DNA of 63,760 nt, filler included, from Lenisia limosa (taxonomy: Eukaryota > Protista > Breviatea), in the NCBI GenBank assembly GCA_001655205.1. It is 5 parts of 5 records of this genome, joined end to end, with 100 filler letters (N's around TTAATTAATTAA, not from the genome) between each part and the next. Parts side by side here need not be neighbours in the genome. Positions count along the whole stretch, not along the records: positions 1 to 29,953 come from LPNZ01008300.1; 4 more parts are not named here. One strand, 5' to 3'. Shown here one piece after another: positions 12,771 through 25,783 of this stretch; within the stretch, counting starts at the first letter, position 1; the number at the start of each line of letters is the position of its first letter. Under the pieces are notes generated by a model. That model saw nothing but the letters and a program-made list of their open reading frames with translations. It was not told the origin of the DNA and did no database searches. The position numbers and the translations under genes were made by a program.

Positions 12771-12983
12771 TACAGAAATGATCCGAGCCCATGGAAAGAG
12801 CATAAATACTCCGACGAATGTAACTACTGTAACTAATGTTAATCTTTAAATTGCTGGTCTGTTCTGTTTGCTGTTTGTTGTTATTTGGTTGTTTGTTTGT
12901 GTAGAAAAAAACTAGAAACACAGTTTTAATCTATTCAAAATCTATTAAAAAAAGTGTAATAAATAATTGTATAAAATTGCAAA

Positions 12984-14052
12984 ATGGCAGAGAACATTGT
13001 TCGTGCTGAATTATGGGCCATTGCTGCTCCTTCTGTTCCTTTACCATCTGATTCCGAAGTCCAGACAGCTGCAAATGACGGAAACTGGTTAAAAATGGCT
13101 GTTGAAAAGTGGTGGTCTTGCTTAAAGAGGCAATATAGCGAACCACACAGAGTGTACCACAATCTTGAGCATGTTGCTGACCTTATTTCTAAGTTTGCGG
13201 CGTAATTTTGTTTCACTGAATTTTGATGCCCTTTAATTGCGTAATGACCGATTAGTTTATATATAACTTTAGATATTGTGATAGAAAAAGGCATGTATTA
13301 TAACGGGAATCTTATACAATATCATTCTCGATTTCTACTGACAATATAGGGCCAAAAAGCTCACTGGAGTTGTTTCCCCGAAGCTTCTTATGTTCTCAAT
13401 TCTTTTCCATGACATTGTCTACGAAACTGACACTGGTGACTCAATGAGCGATTCTGACGATGATGAGCAGTGTCCTCTTGATACAAATGAGAGAATGTCA
13501 GCCACAACTTGGCTTGAGTGTGCGGAGGATTTCAGAATGGTGAGTCATTCTCCTCAGAGTGCCGTTGTATCGAACGTATTTCATTACTTTAGTCAAAAGC
13601 CGACGCGGATATCGTCTGGGAATTTATTATTGCAACTGAAAGTCACTCAATTGAAAAGGCTGATGTCCCTGAGAATCTAAAGCACGATTTAATGCTCTTT
13701 TTGGATCTGGATATGTCAATTCTTGGAAGTTCTGAAACAGGTTTGTATTACAGGAAGTCATCTTCCCCTTCTCTTCTTCGGCTCTTTGTTAATCACTTTA
13801 GCATACGATAAGTACGCAGAACAAATTAAAGAAGAAAACTCTGCTAAGGCTCTTTCCTACGGAATTGAGCGGTCCATCTTTTTGAGGAAGCTTTTAGAAA
13901 AACCCTCTCTCTTCCTGACCTCGGAGTTCAAAGTGAGCGGGATAATATTTAGAATTAGGTTGTGAGTAGGAGTATTGAACATAATTATTTAGTCACTTGA
14001 TGCACAAGCCCGCAGCAACATCCAGAGAGAGCTCTCCTCACTCACCCTTTAA
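12984..14052 (+). CDS. HD-superfamily metal-dependent phosphohydrolase (COG4339-like)
   Basis: YSEPHRVYHNLEHV, ILFHDIVY, NERMSA, IATESH, FLDLDMSILGS, YDKYAEQIKEE, ARSNIQREL-..TAA; motif order is typical of this family. Confidence 0.85.
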
Positions 14053-14252
14053 TATCCCCCCCCCCCCCCNNNNNNNNNNNNNNNNNNNNNNNNNNNNNNN
14101 NNNNNNNNNNNNNNNNNNNNNNNNNNNNNNNNNNNNNNNNNNNNNNNNNGTATGCGAGATGCACTTTTTGATTAGTTTAAATTGGATTTCTTTTGAAGCA
14201 ATATACAGAAATGGATTTGGAAAAATAAAAAAAAAGAGGGAGAGAGAAAAAG

Positions 14253-17200
14253 CTAGTCAAGATCTTCTGATATGTCATGGAAAGTGATACCATGCTTTCG
14301 AAGACGATTCAAAGCAGCTAAGTGGTGAATCATCTTGAAAGACTTACTAATTGCAAAAGTTGGTGAGAGTGGGACATGAACGCCAGGTTCACTCCATGCG
14401 CCTACAGTTATGACTAATTATGGCAATCTTACCGTCAAGGATCATGCCAACAGTAACAGCAATTGGAATTCCAACCTTGGAGTTAGATAAGAGGGGTTCT
14501 TACTGTTTTGGACATTGCAGTGAATCCGTCTTCATCCTCATCTCCATAGATTACTAGCGAAGACGTAATGCGTTCCTGTGAATTTAGTGAAAATGGGGCA
14601 TGCATACACTGGAGCCATCCTTGTTCTTCACAACAAAACGATGAACGAGACAAGCCATATCGCGCTCAGTTTGGCCAAACTGCATTCCCTATTGAGTAAG
14701 ATAGCCAAACGACCAAGGTCGCCCACCTGATGAGAGCTAAGTAGGCTGCAAAGAGCATCAAGAGGGGTCTTGACCCTCGCAACAACCTGACAGGTCATCT
14801 CGCATAGGTCACAAACCAACCATGTTATTACTGAATAAGCCAAGCCATTTGAACGCGTGGAGTACTTTTTCCGAGTGTTTGCCTGAAACTTGATGGATCT
14901 GAAGATATCATGCTAAGTTTGTTAACTCACCAATGATGCAACATTGTCAGTTTTGAGATATTCAGCCAAAAACTCTGGCTACAATGTCAGTCAATAATCA
15001 ATGCATACCCATGACATTTCAGGGGAGTCAGGTAATAAGGCGGCATTAGGTTCTTGTGACATGAGGCCGATTTTCTTCAAAGTGTCCACCACTACGCAAT
15101 ACCCCTGAAAGCTAAGGTAAATTGTTGCCCACTTTATAGCGTAATGTAGCTCGCATGCATGTTGTGGCTTCCTGAATGTTATAGAGGTCAGCATAGGTGA
15201 AGCTGTCACGGTTCGCAATGAATTCAAATGCAAAGCCAGGGAAACCGATATCTACATCTTTCACACTTTCAAGCAGCTTTTGACCGTCAATATGGATCTA
15301 GAAGTGTTATTTAAGTAAAATAAACCCACCTTTTCGCCATTTTGAAGAAAGTCAGCAGGATTACAAGCAGCAGTCAAAACTCCCTATTTTAATCATTTAC
15401 TCACTAAAAAAATCATACTCTTGGATTCCAAGAGAATTTATACCCAAGTGGGTTTCCTGACGCTTCTGGTGCTGGCAGTCCTCCACAGTATGACTCAAAA
15501 CTCACAATCTAATCAAGGTTTACAAAACACAGAACACCTAACTTTTGCACCTCTTGCTCTAACTTCACTGATGACATGTACCGCTAAATCGTCATGTATG
15601 TGTGTGTCAAACAATGTCATATTTAGCCAACCTGACAAATGATCAAGCCCGGGGTCTAAACCCATTTCATTCATAATTGGAACTCCGGCCTAGATATGTG
15701 ATTATTTTTGCAACTCACCCTCTTTGCTTCCTTATCCAAAGCGAGGAGTTCAGCAGATCGATAGGATGCAGTCACCATTGGAACCCTAAAAAGTCATCTC
15801 CAATTATTTGGAAAAGAAATGGGAACTGATAACCATCATAATCCCATACTTGAACTCAATACACTGGCGGGCAATAACAGGGTGGAAAGGGGCTGGAATA
15901 AGTGACACCACAATGTCATGCTGAAGAACCAAATTGGCTAAACAGATCAGACTTGTTATTGTATCCCACTACTTACATAGGACAGTTGAATCGTTAATAT
16001 CAAGACTGACGACCATTACAGCTCCAGGCCGGACACAATGGGCTTTACGATCCTCAGCTTCGTTCACTAAAATGGAGGCAATCGTGACGCGCACATCAGC
16101 CTTGTGTGTAATAGAGCAGCGTGGCTTACTCTTTTCAAAATTGTGTTCAAAAAAGCCGGAACCACGAAGCCTGAACCGAGAAGAAGAATCTAAATGTCAG
16201 AATGAGAACAGTCAAACTTGTTTTGGGAGAGCACGAGAAGGTGGGGATTTGGACGACGCCTCATTTTTACGACGTAGTTCAAGAATGTACTCATAATCGG
16301 GCCTCATTTTCCTGCAAAGTTAATGCCAAATAGGATTACCCAGCAGAGCATATAACAGCTGCATCAACTTCTGGCGGCAGACCAATTCGGTCAAAGTCTT
16401 GTCCTATTTCAGCCTAATGTGTCATTGGAGTTTCGGTTTTGGTATAGTTACATTGCAAAGTTGGAGGACAAATGACGTTAAGTGGTCACCAAAGTATTCC
16501 GAAGCAGAAGATGATAGTTCACAAGGTAGGTTTTCAATGGACATTACAGGAGTGCCACGTCCTTGCATATCCTGAACATGAAAGCAGCATGACGGTTACC
16601 TTGTGAATCTTGTTTTCAACACAGTCATAGAGGAAATAAGGTTCCTCAATTGTTGTCGCATGATCCATCCATTCAATTGCGCCATTAAAATCACAAGCTA
16701 ATTGTCAGTTTTATTGTAACAAACCTAAATCTCCAATTGCCAACATCCTCAATTGTCCATCAACTCTCAAATCACGCCATCCCTGAATATGAAATGCAGA
16801 AGTGACCGTTTTACCTGGGTTGTAATGATTCTGGGAGTTTTGTGTGTCCAAAAGCTGCAGTTAATTAAAAGAGAGGTGTAAGGTAGCACTTTTTCTTCAA
16901 ATGTACTACGATAAAGCTGTCCATTTGCATAGTAGTGTTCTTTGTTGAAAGGTAGTCCAGGTCTTCTCGGTGAGTGAATGACCTCAACAAACTGGTCGAC
17001 TCTCTCGTTGACGTCTTCGCTTCTTGTCACGCAATAGTATACCACATTGTTTGATGACACTAAGTTTTGTTACTCAGCGTTCTTCTTACCAATTTGACCA
17101 TTGCAAAGCTTGGGTAAGTCAGATACTGAAACACGTTGTGATGGAAGGTGATTGAGAACTGTCTGAGCCCCTTGTGAAACCTAGTAATTCTGAGCGATAT

Positions 17201-18378
17201 TTCAACTGACAAACCTCGCCATTTGATGTGAATACAACAATGAAAGGACTGTGTGCTTTAGGTAGTCCTATTTTCTGAATAACTGCACCTGTCCTATTGC
17301 GATAAACACCATGAGAGTGTGGTTACAGTCATAATACAACCACATTGCAACTAACTTTGTGACATCTTCAAGTGCTGATTCCAAGGTTCGGTATGTGTAT
17401 GTTTGCTTTACCTGAAAATAATTTCAAATTGCTGTTTACCTGCAAAAAAGGGTTATCGTAACCAAGCGCGAGAAGTCTATGACCTGCTATTTGAAGAGTA
17501 TCAAGCATTCCTGCATATCTAGGGAATCAGTACAACTGTAGACCAGATATTCAATAATCGTGGCAATGTGGACTTTTTTTCTTCAATCATTTAGTTCAAG
17601 ATTAAGAAAACAAGATTCCCCATTGTCAACTATCCTACCCTGCAAATTTCCCAAAACGTATCATCCGTTTCCTGTTCTTGTCAACGATTCGTTCATAGTC
17701 AATGCAACACACGTTCTGCTCATTATTCAAAAATGTGCAGATTCCAGGACGAAATATCGACAACATAATAAGAATTACCTTTGCTAGCATTGCATCAAGT
17801 AGTGGCATACTGTAGCTCTGCGCTTTAATAGTATGTGAAAAGAAAACGTAAGTCTAGATTAATCAATCGCTTCCAACAATGACAGCAAAAACTGACAAAT
17901 TACACACCTTGTTTGGAATAAGGTCTCTCGGAGGAACCTCCTTAACTCCAAAAATAGTTGAAGCTCCAGAGATATCTTCTTGTACAATTGCTCCAACCTT
18001 ACAATCATGAAGATAAGTCCACATACTTACTAACAACTAAACACGTCATCTTTTTTCGTTTATGAAAAATAACAAGCTTGAAAAGGCATTTACCCATTTG
18101 TTACCCACCTCTTACCCTCAACTTACCCTTTCATATTCATGATTTCTGAAGCATCTTGATCCAGAAGGTTGAACTAGCACAGTTACTCCCGCGTTGACAA
18201 GTTTCCTAAGAGAGACGTGACAGATGAGAACAATAAATAAGTTATTTTAAATCATAAAACCTCTTGAAAGACTAATAAAATACTCAACCCTCTCATACTC
18301 TACGTGAGAAGGACAGAGAGGTGTCCGCCTCTCCCAAATGTTTTTTGTTTCTCTTCGAATAGCAACGACATTAGGCAT
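14253..18378 (-). CDS. AASS: Bifunctional lysine-ketoglutarate reductase / saccharopine dehydrogenase
   Basis: [83 protein letters not shown], then the SDH start ILLLGSGFV; ends [19 protein letters not shown]. Confidence 0.93.
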
Positions 18379-18544
18379 TGTTAAGTTGTTGTTTTCTTGT
18401 TTTCTCATTTTTCCATCGTTAAATTATTAAATTACCGCTAATTGCCACTCTAATACAAAGACCAACGCCCCTCCGCTCCGCTCACTTCCGCTCGTGCAAT
18501 CTGCCAGATCTCTGATCTCATGTAGGTTAATTCTTGTCCCAAGG

Positions 18545-21500
18545 TCAAGCCTTATTTTCGTAAGTGTAAAGACGATATCGCTCGCGCCAGAGTGCGCCAG
18601 TAGCGTCTGGTTCTCTGGTTGGTTGGTTCAGAGGGTCCTCTCTACCAAACTCTACCTCCAAGTCGGTCTACCATCAATGGTATGAATGTGTACCTGATGT
18701 TTACCTCAAATCTGTGTGTGCACTGTGATGTATGAAGGTGCTGACTTTGGTAAATCGGAAAAGTATGTATATGCTGTGTATATGTACAGGGGAATGGTAC
18801 AAATCAAATTATAATACATTGAAAAAAAACAAGAAAATAAAATCAAAAGCAATGAACTAGTGTTGAATCTCCTTCTAAAGAGGTAATTATGAGACATCTT
18901 ATTGACATACGAAGCAAATATATCTTACCATTTTGCGTTTTCGACGAAGCAAAAGAACCCTATGAAAGTCAGCCTAATCCAAAACACAAGAGATAAAGCC
19001 TACTCGTCAGAAAGGGTTTGTATAGACTCAGAAGCATTGTAGAGGCTATCACGCAAGTGAACTAAAATGTGACCAGACGCTTCAGAAGACTAAAATAGCA
19101 GGACCCTACGGATAGCAGGAAGAGCAGTGTTACTGAGTTGGGCAATATGGCGTTCAAGCTGAGCAACTCTTGCTTGGAGGAACTGGGCGGGTGTGCTCAA
19201 CGACTGCGGGGGTAATTAACAATCCTCAGTGATCGAAACAAAAATATTCCATTCCATTAGTGAGATGTAAACAATAGTAATTCACAACAGATGCCTACCG
19301 TCGGTTCTGATGGAGGCCGCCAGAATGACCTGTCATCAATTTCGGACAGAGCAGACGCAGCCATGATGCAGGCAGCCCAGGGCCCTTTGGTGGGACCGGC
19401 AATGGCACCCGGGGCGTTGGCAACGTCCGTGCCTTGGTAGTGTGCGGTGGACATCATTCGGATAAGCCCCTTCAGAATTAACGCAAAGAATACCATGTTT
19501 GAGCCTACAGCTGAAGGGGACGGGAAGAAATGGCGATGACTGCATTCTAACGCGTTCGGGTGTGATCGGATCAGCGTAAGAACAATGGGATTTCCTGTGA
19601 GTCAGAGAGTGTGTGACATATTAATATTATCAAAAAAAAACACGTGTGGTATCACATCTCCAGAAGCTATCCTTGATAATATTAGGGAACTTAATTGCTC
19701 ACCAAATCCGAAGAAATAAGGGCCATGACTTGAGGCACCAGGGGGGTAGATCGAAACGTTGGCAAGGAGCTTGAACAAATCTCGAACTGCCACTGAAACC
19801 AGTTAAAAGGGCAATAATTAAACTGTGGCAAAGCCAAAAAATAAACCTAACATACGTGTTGAACTATACGATTCAAGAACCATATGGGGGCAGTCTTCAG
19901 CAAACAACTTGAAGGTTGGGCGCTTAGCACGGCTTTCAATCGTCATCCTGCAGAGTAAGAGATATGCATTAAAACAGGGTTCCAAGTAGGAAACTTGTCT
20001 CGATGTCAGATTATCAATCGAGGAATAGGCCACCCTTGAAGTGATTTGTGTTTAATTCAATTTTCATGACGACTTTTCAATCAAATATTGAAGAGTCGTC
20101 ATGAAAATTGAATTAAACTCAGATTAGCGTGCGTTGGATAAAACAAAAAACTTCCCCTTTTTGAAACCCTATCACGTTTTGAATTTAGTCATAATAAAAA
20201 ACTTACACATAGGCAGTTTCAGCACCAGGGCGAATGAAGGAGTTGAATATTCTTCGGGATCTGAATCCAGGCTGAGAAGGTCAATGCAGCAAACTTCTTG
20301 CTATGTGCATCAAAGAGCATACCGGGTAAATATGCGATCTATTGTGGAAAGCCGGCTCGGCCACAGGGGTACCGACACTGATAACTGTCAAATCTCCAAG
20401 AGTTAGGGCTGGGAGGAGGCTTCCTTCAGGCTGAAAGGTGAGATAAAAAAACATGAGTAAACTCATTTATAAATGAAAATGAGGACAGCCCCTAACCCCC
20501 AGTTTTCTCTTATTCTTGAGTAGAGGATTGTTGAGACTTTGTGAGTCGAAGTTCGATGTGCGAATGTTATCCTCAATTTTTTCGGACTGAGCGGCGTGTC
20601 TGTCAATGTCAGCCCAATAAGTGTGAAGAAAATCAATTCAGGGGACCTTACAGTTCAGCAAAATGAGACGAGGCCTTCAAAGCACGACGGGCAGAAGACC
20701 GGATAGAAGGCCCAATGTCAGGCTTGATAGTGAGACGCTTTCACAGGGAAATATTCCAGTAGCATACCTCGTCAAGTCCCTCAATGAACGAATTAAAGCG
20801 GCCAAGAAGATCAGTGTGAGTAAGGAATACTTCACCTGCTGTTTTCTTGAGGTCCCTAGCTTGTAAGAACAGAAACCCAAGCAAATCATTGAGAGCACTC
20901 TGCCTACACCAAAGTGATCTCTCCTTTCTTGTAAGACACAATTGACTCTTCGAAACCCTCAGCTATCTATGAAAATAACACATTGAGTTCAAAATAAATC
21001 CATCCAACTCCCATTGCTCACTTCCTGATCCAGTCTTGATTTGCATTCGGCCAAGAAATCACCAGCTGTTTTTAGATTGAACGAGGTAACTGTTGGAAGC
21101 CACAAATCGGCCAGTTTTTTGACAATCTGTATACCAGATTTCGGTAAAGGCAAGAGCTGGATGGGTGAAGAGAAATAGACAAGAGCTGAAAGAAAAACCC
21201 GCAAACGTCTTCCAGTAAAAAGTCTTCAGGATCAACAGAACTTTCAGCGATATTCTCAGGGAGGTCTAAAGGTCAGTGATGAAGGAATGTAGAAATACAA
21301 AACATCAAATTATAGTTCATCAACACGGATTGATTACCCATTTGCAGTGGTCATTCCATCTGAAAGAAAAAACTGCAATTGAACATACAGGGGATATGGG
21401 CAAGGATTGCATCTTTTCGGTGAAGGGCATTACGTACGGAAGTGGGAAGGCAGGTGATAACCTGAAAATGTTAAAACTGTTACAATTTCATAAACTACTC

Positions 21501-23825
21501 ACGCTTGATTTGTCTTCACAATCCGGTAAAACAAATATGTGGGCTGCCAACAAGTCGGCCATTTCAGGCCTGAGATGTGAGACGTCGAAAATAATGATGC
21601 CCAAGAAATACAAAAATAAAAAAACTCAACTCACAGTGAGTGGGTGATTGAAGTGGTGTGTACAAAGGAATTGAACCTGTCTTCTCCAACGGGTTCAGGG
21701 CCCGTGTGACATAACTGTAATGGTCAGTCTCAAAACCATCAACAGGTCCAAACCTTCCAAAGACATAGTACCACCGCCAAAGCCAGCTCCTCCGCAGCAT
21801 TTCTCTCTTCAGATAAAGAAACCCCCCTGGGGTATTAGGCTTGTGCAAAAGAAAGACCCCTAATTCAGCGTTAGCCACTTACATCTTAGCTTTCTTGTTA
21901 GACGATTGGTTTTTCCGATCAGCTGGTTTTTTCCTTGTCTTTGTTTCCTTTGTCTTTTGAAGTTCCTTTTCTTTCTCCATCTGCAGTCTTTGAGATCTTC
22001 TCGGTCGAGCTTCATCACCACTCTCTTCTTCGCTGACCGCATCCTGCTGAGACGCTCTCTCTCTTCTGTTCTTCAGTGACCTTCTTCGTCCTTCAGCTGC
22101 CTTACGTGCTCTCTCCCTCAAGGCTTCCTTCGTAGCTGCTTTTTTCTTTCGAATAGTCTCATATCGCTCCCTCTTAAGATCAACTTGTTTGGATTCTCCT
22201 CCTGAATCAGAAGGCTCTTGATTGTGCTCGTTATCATTAGGCTCTGATAAGTCAGAGTTGTTATCTTCAAAGGGAGCTCCTTCTTCAATTGCTGGAGTTT
22301 CTTCAATATCAACTTCAACTGGCATTTCATCATCCTCTTCATTATCCTTTTCTTCCTCATCAACTTCCTTATCTTTTTCAACTTCTTTTTCCTCCTCAAC
22401 GTCCTTTTCCTCCTCAAACTCTTTCTCTTCATGCACATGGTCTTCCAGGTCAGTTTGAACTTGATATGCTTGTGATTGCGAGTTCTCTTGAGTCATTTCC
22501 AACCTACTTTCTTCATCCTTTTTATCATCTTCAGACAAAGTATGGATCTCTTCAACTGGCTGTTCACTCTCTTCATTCTCATCAGCAAATGATTCTTCTT
22601 CAATCTTAACCAAATCATCATCATTAGTCTCGTTGAGTGTCGGAAATTGCGCTATAACTGACACGCACTTCTTGACTGAGTCAGAATTGTCTTCTTCAGG
22701 TCGGATAGGGGAGAGTGGAGGAGAAAGAGGGAATCTAAACAGTTATTCCCGGATACTTACTATTTCTTATTAGTTATCCCATATCCACTACTTTCGAGTC
22801 GAAATAATAAATGAAGAAAACACTAAGTATAATATAGGTGTGGACGGCTTCGGCCAGATACATCCTTATTTTTAAATTTCTCATTGCTGAGGCAATGTAT
22901 TTAATAAAAATGCAAATAAGACAACTATTATTGAGATCGGGTTAGTTTATGTATTATATCAACACAAAAATTGAAGTGAGCTGATTGTAATTATAAACTC
23001 CCTACAAATAAGGTTTTTCTCTTTTGCTGATTTCGCCTGAGTCATCGACTTCTTTCGGGTGAGCGTCAAGTTTCACAAAAACTGAATGCTCCTTTCTTTT
23101 GAAATCCTGCACAAATCAAACAACAAAAAAGAGTTTCTTTAAAAATTCAACAAATAGAATAAAAGATATAAGATGAAAAAAACAAAAAGGTGTAAAGAGA
23201 AGCCTACCTGAGGAGGGCTGTCAACAGACTTGCCGGGGGTAGTTGAGTTCAAACTGGGGGGTCTTCCGCGTCCGCGGCTTCGGCCTCCTCTTCCCCCTCC
23301 TCGCTTCTCAAAAACAACATCAATATTACGGTTTCCTCTCATGACTGCCCGGGTCTCTCTATTTGATGCGGACTGCATGAATGTTCTTGTTGCGCGCCGA
23401 ACAGGTATTGGTGACATGACCGCCTTGTTTCTTGGCATCGCCACCTTCTGCTGGATTTCAATCGACTTCTTCGGTTTCACCTTCCGTCTCTCTCCAATTC
23501 GCTTCATCTTAGCAACATGGATTATGTCCTCAGTATCCCGGACCTCTGGAGCGTTGACATAGATAAAACGTCTGCAAGCAGTCTGGTTGATGTGGTCAAA
23601 GCTGCTGTGACAAGTTCTTAAGAGAGGGGGGTTACTTGACAATGAAGGCTCATCGGCATTGTCTTCACTGTCGGGTGCTTCTTTTAATTCAGCTGCGAGC
23701 AGGGAGGGGAACCGTCCAAAGCCAAGATGTTCAAAAAAAGACCCTTGAAAAAATCCACCAACTGTTTTCTTAAATGACTGCTTCTCGAGTGGATACTCAA
23801 TAATTTTAGCCTGCTTAGGCGGCAT
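18545..23825 (-). CDS. Large nuclear protein: AT-hook, acidic/basic low-complexity region, C-terminal FYRN + FYRC domains
   Basis: RGRGRPP AT-hook; Glu-rich exon at 21879-22700; splice phases verified across several junctions; FYRN-like LTLGDLTVISVGTPVAEPAFHNRSHIYP; FYRC-like GPYFFGFGNPIVLTLIRSHPNALEC. Last exon and stop uncertain. Confidence 0.7.
20050..20118. repeat. Near-perfect inverted repeat (32-bp stem, 1 mismatch on the DNA, 5-nt loop) inside an intron
   Basis: GTTTAATTCAATTTTCATGACGACTTTTCAAT-CAAAT-ATTGAAGAGTCGTCATGAAAATTGAATTAAAC. Confidence 0.95.
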
Positions 23826-24072
23826 GATGCTAAAAATTGAAAACTAGCAACGAGCTATCAGCCATCAGCTTTTGGATCTGTCCGCACACCTAATACTTTC
23901 CTACTTTCTTCTTACCACCACCACCTTTCTCTAACACATGTGTATTCTGATGATGATGTTTATTGGTTTATTATACTCTTTTTTTGCTCTTTTTTCCCAC
24001 CGTGTCGCGTAAAAACTAGATCAACAAGATCAAAAACAACACCTTTTTGTACTGTTCCAATAATATACATGT

Positions 24073-25528
24073 TCATCCTCTCTTGAGGGCACGCAGGCGA
24101 GCTTCGATACTCTGATCCAAAGAAGCAATGCTGGCTTGGATACGTGCAGCATCGTAGCGGTATCTTGGGTCGCGGCCACGCACTTCTTCCACTGACTCTG
24201 TTTGGTTGTTGAACACAATACGAGGTCCAGTTGGTTGCTGTTGCTAAAAAAGTTACTATACCCCACCAGCAATCCCTTTAAAGATGAAATACAGGATACT
24301 TACCGTGGGTTGGGGGATAGGCATGCCAGCAGGAGTGGAAGGAGCAGCAGCACTGGAGACGACAGGGGCGGTGGAGGGGGCGGGAGCGATGGTAGTAGCA
24401 GACGGTTGGGGTTGTTGGGCTGGAGAGGCAGCGACAGGGGCCTGCTGCGGAGGTTGCTGAAGAGTCAGAAATGTGAAAGCGTTTCGTGTGGTAGGATGCG
24501 GCATTTAAGCAGACCTGAGGGAAGCCAGGAAGACCAGGCATTCCAGGAGCTGGCATGCTGGGAAGAGGCATTCCGGGGAAGGGCATAGGAGGGGCACCAG
24601 CAGGGGCGACACCAGCAGGGGGCGCACCAGGCTATACGGTCAAACGAATACGAGACTATTGGAAAAGAAGTCACCTCCACATACGAATCCAGGCATTCCC
24701 CAAGGTGGCGGCATCATTGGTGCACCAGCAAATGGAGGTGGCTAAACAAGTCAGAAGAGAGAGACCCCCCGCATATCCTTAAGGCAAAGAAAATAACAAA
24801 CCATGAAATTAGGAGGGAAAGAGGATGGTGCCGGTTCATCTTTTTTCTCATCAGCAAGGGCCTACACCGTCATGCAAATGACAAATGTAAATCAAACAGA
24901 AACAAAAAACGACCTCCACCAAAGACAAGTTAATTAAAAATTGAGGGGACATACCTCAGCGACAGATTTGGCGTCTTGAGCTTGCTGTTGAGCAACCTTA
25001 GCAAGGAAGGAAGATGCCTCATCATCATTCTTCATTCTCTTGGCAACCTTCTCTTGGAGTTCCATTTCTGGGAAAATGAAAGAAAGCTCATGAAGTTGGA
25101 GGTTAATTCACGACAGAAAGATAGGCATACTGTGAGCTTGAATATCTTCTTCGGGAACACCTTCCATTCCAAAAATATCGATATCAGTACTGTCATGGCC
25201 TTCATTGGCGTTAGGAACTCTGAAGGAGGTGAGAAAAGAAACATCAAAACTGGGGGGAAACAAAGACCTTATTTGCCGTGTACTTACCGGGTAAGTGACT
25301 CCTTATGAACATGTACGCAATGTGTGACGAGACCTGTGAGATAAGGGTGTCTCTAATTAGAAACTAACCTGAAATGGTATTAAGACGCTTTCCACAAGTT
25401 GTGCACCTGAAATGTTTGGAACGTTGGTGGGTAATCAGGGTTTTCTCATCGTTGAACTCTCTTTCGCAATACCAACACCAGGGATTACACTGGCGAGCCT
25501 GCTTCTTCAGCCGCTCTTTCTTTCCCAT
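24073..25528 (-). CDS. ZNF207: BUB3-interacting zinc finger protein (BuGZ / SUF4 family)
   Basis: PWCWYCEREFNDEKTLITHQRSKHFRCTTCGKRL / GLVTHCVHVHKE / IDIFGMEGVPEED; Pro-rich middle; C-terminal ESVEEVRGRDPRY. Confidence 0.93.
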
Positions 25529-25783
25529 TTTCAGTAATTAGTAAAGCAAAAATACAAAATTAGGTGAAGAAACAAACACGTAAAACGATTCGTTTTTTTT
25601 TTTTGGGAATTGCTTCCATTTATATGTACACGGGTACAAAATATCCTCTGCTCCACTGTCCTCCAGTCCCAGTCTGCCTCTTCAGCCTCTTTCTCTTTCC
25701 TCTATTCAGTAGTTGATATATCATCACTGATATATATTATAAAGATCAAGTGGATAAAAAAGTGGCACAGAAAATATACGACA

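Noticed and set aside
18500-18690. GC-richer stretch resembling a possible snRNA
   Set aside because: No U1/U2/U4/U5/U6 or U3 signature; more simply read as the last exon of the minus-strand FYR gene.
21564-21878. ORF reading GFLYLKREMLRRSWLWRWYYV, resembling a PH-domain start
   Set aside because: The upstream exon ends in phase 2, which fits the other frame (GVSLSEERNAAEELALAVVLCLWK) at an acceptor with a branch motif; the PH-like frame is a shadow.
22118-22609. Several overlapping 78-106 aa ORFs
   Set aside because: Alternative-frame shadows of the low-complexity Glu/Lys-rich exon.
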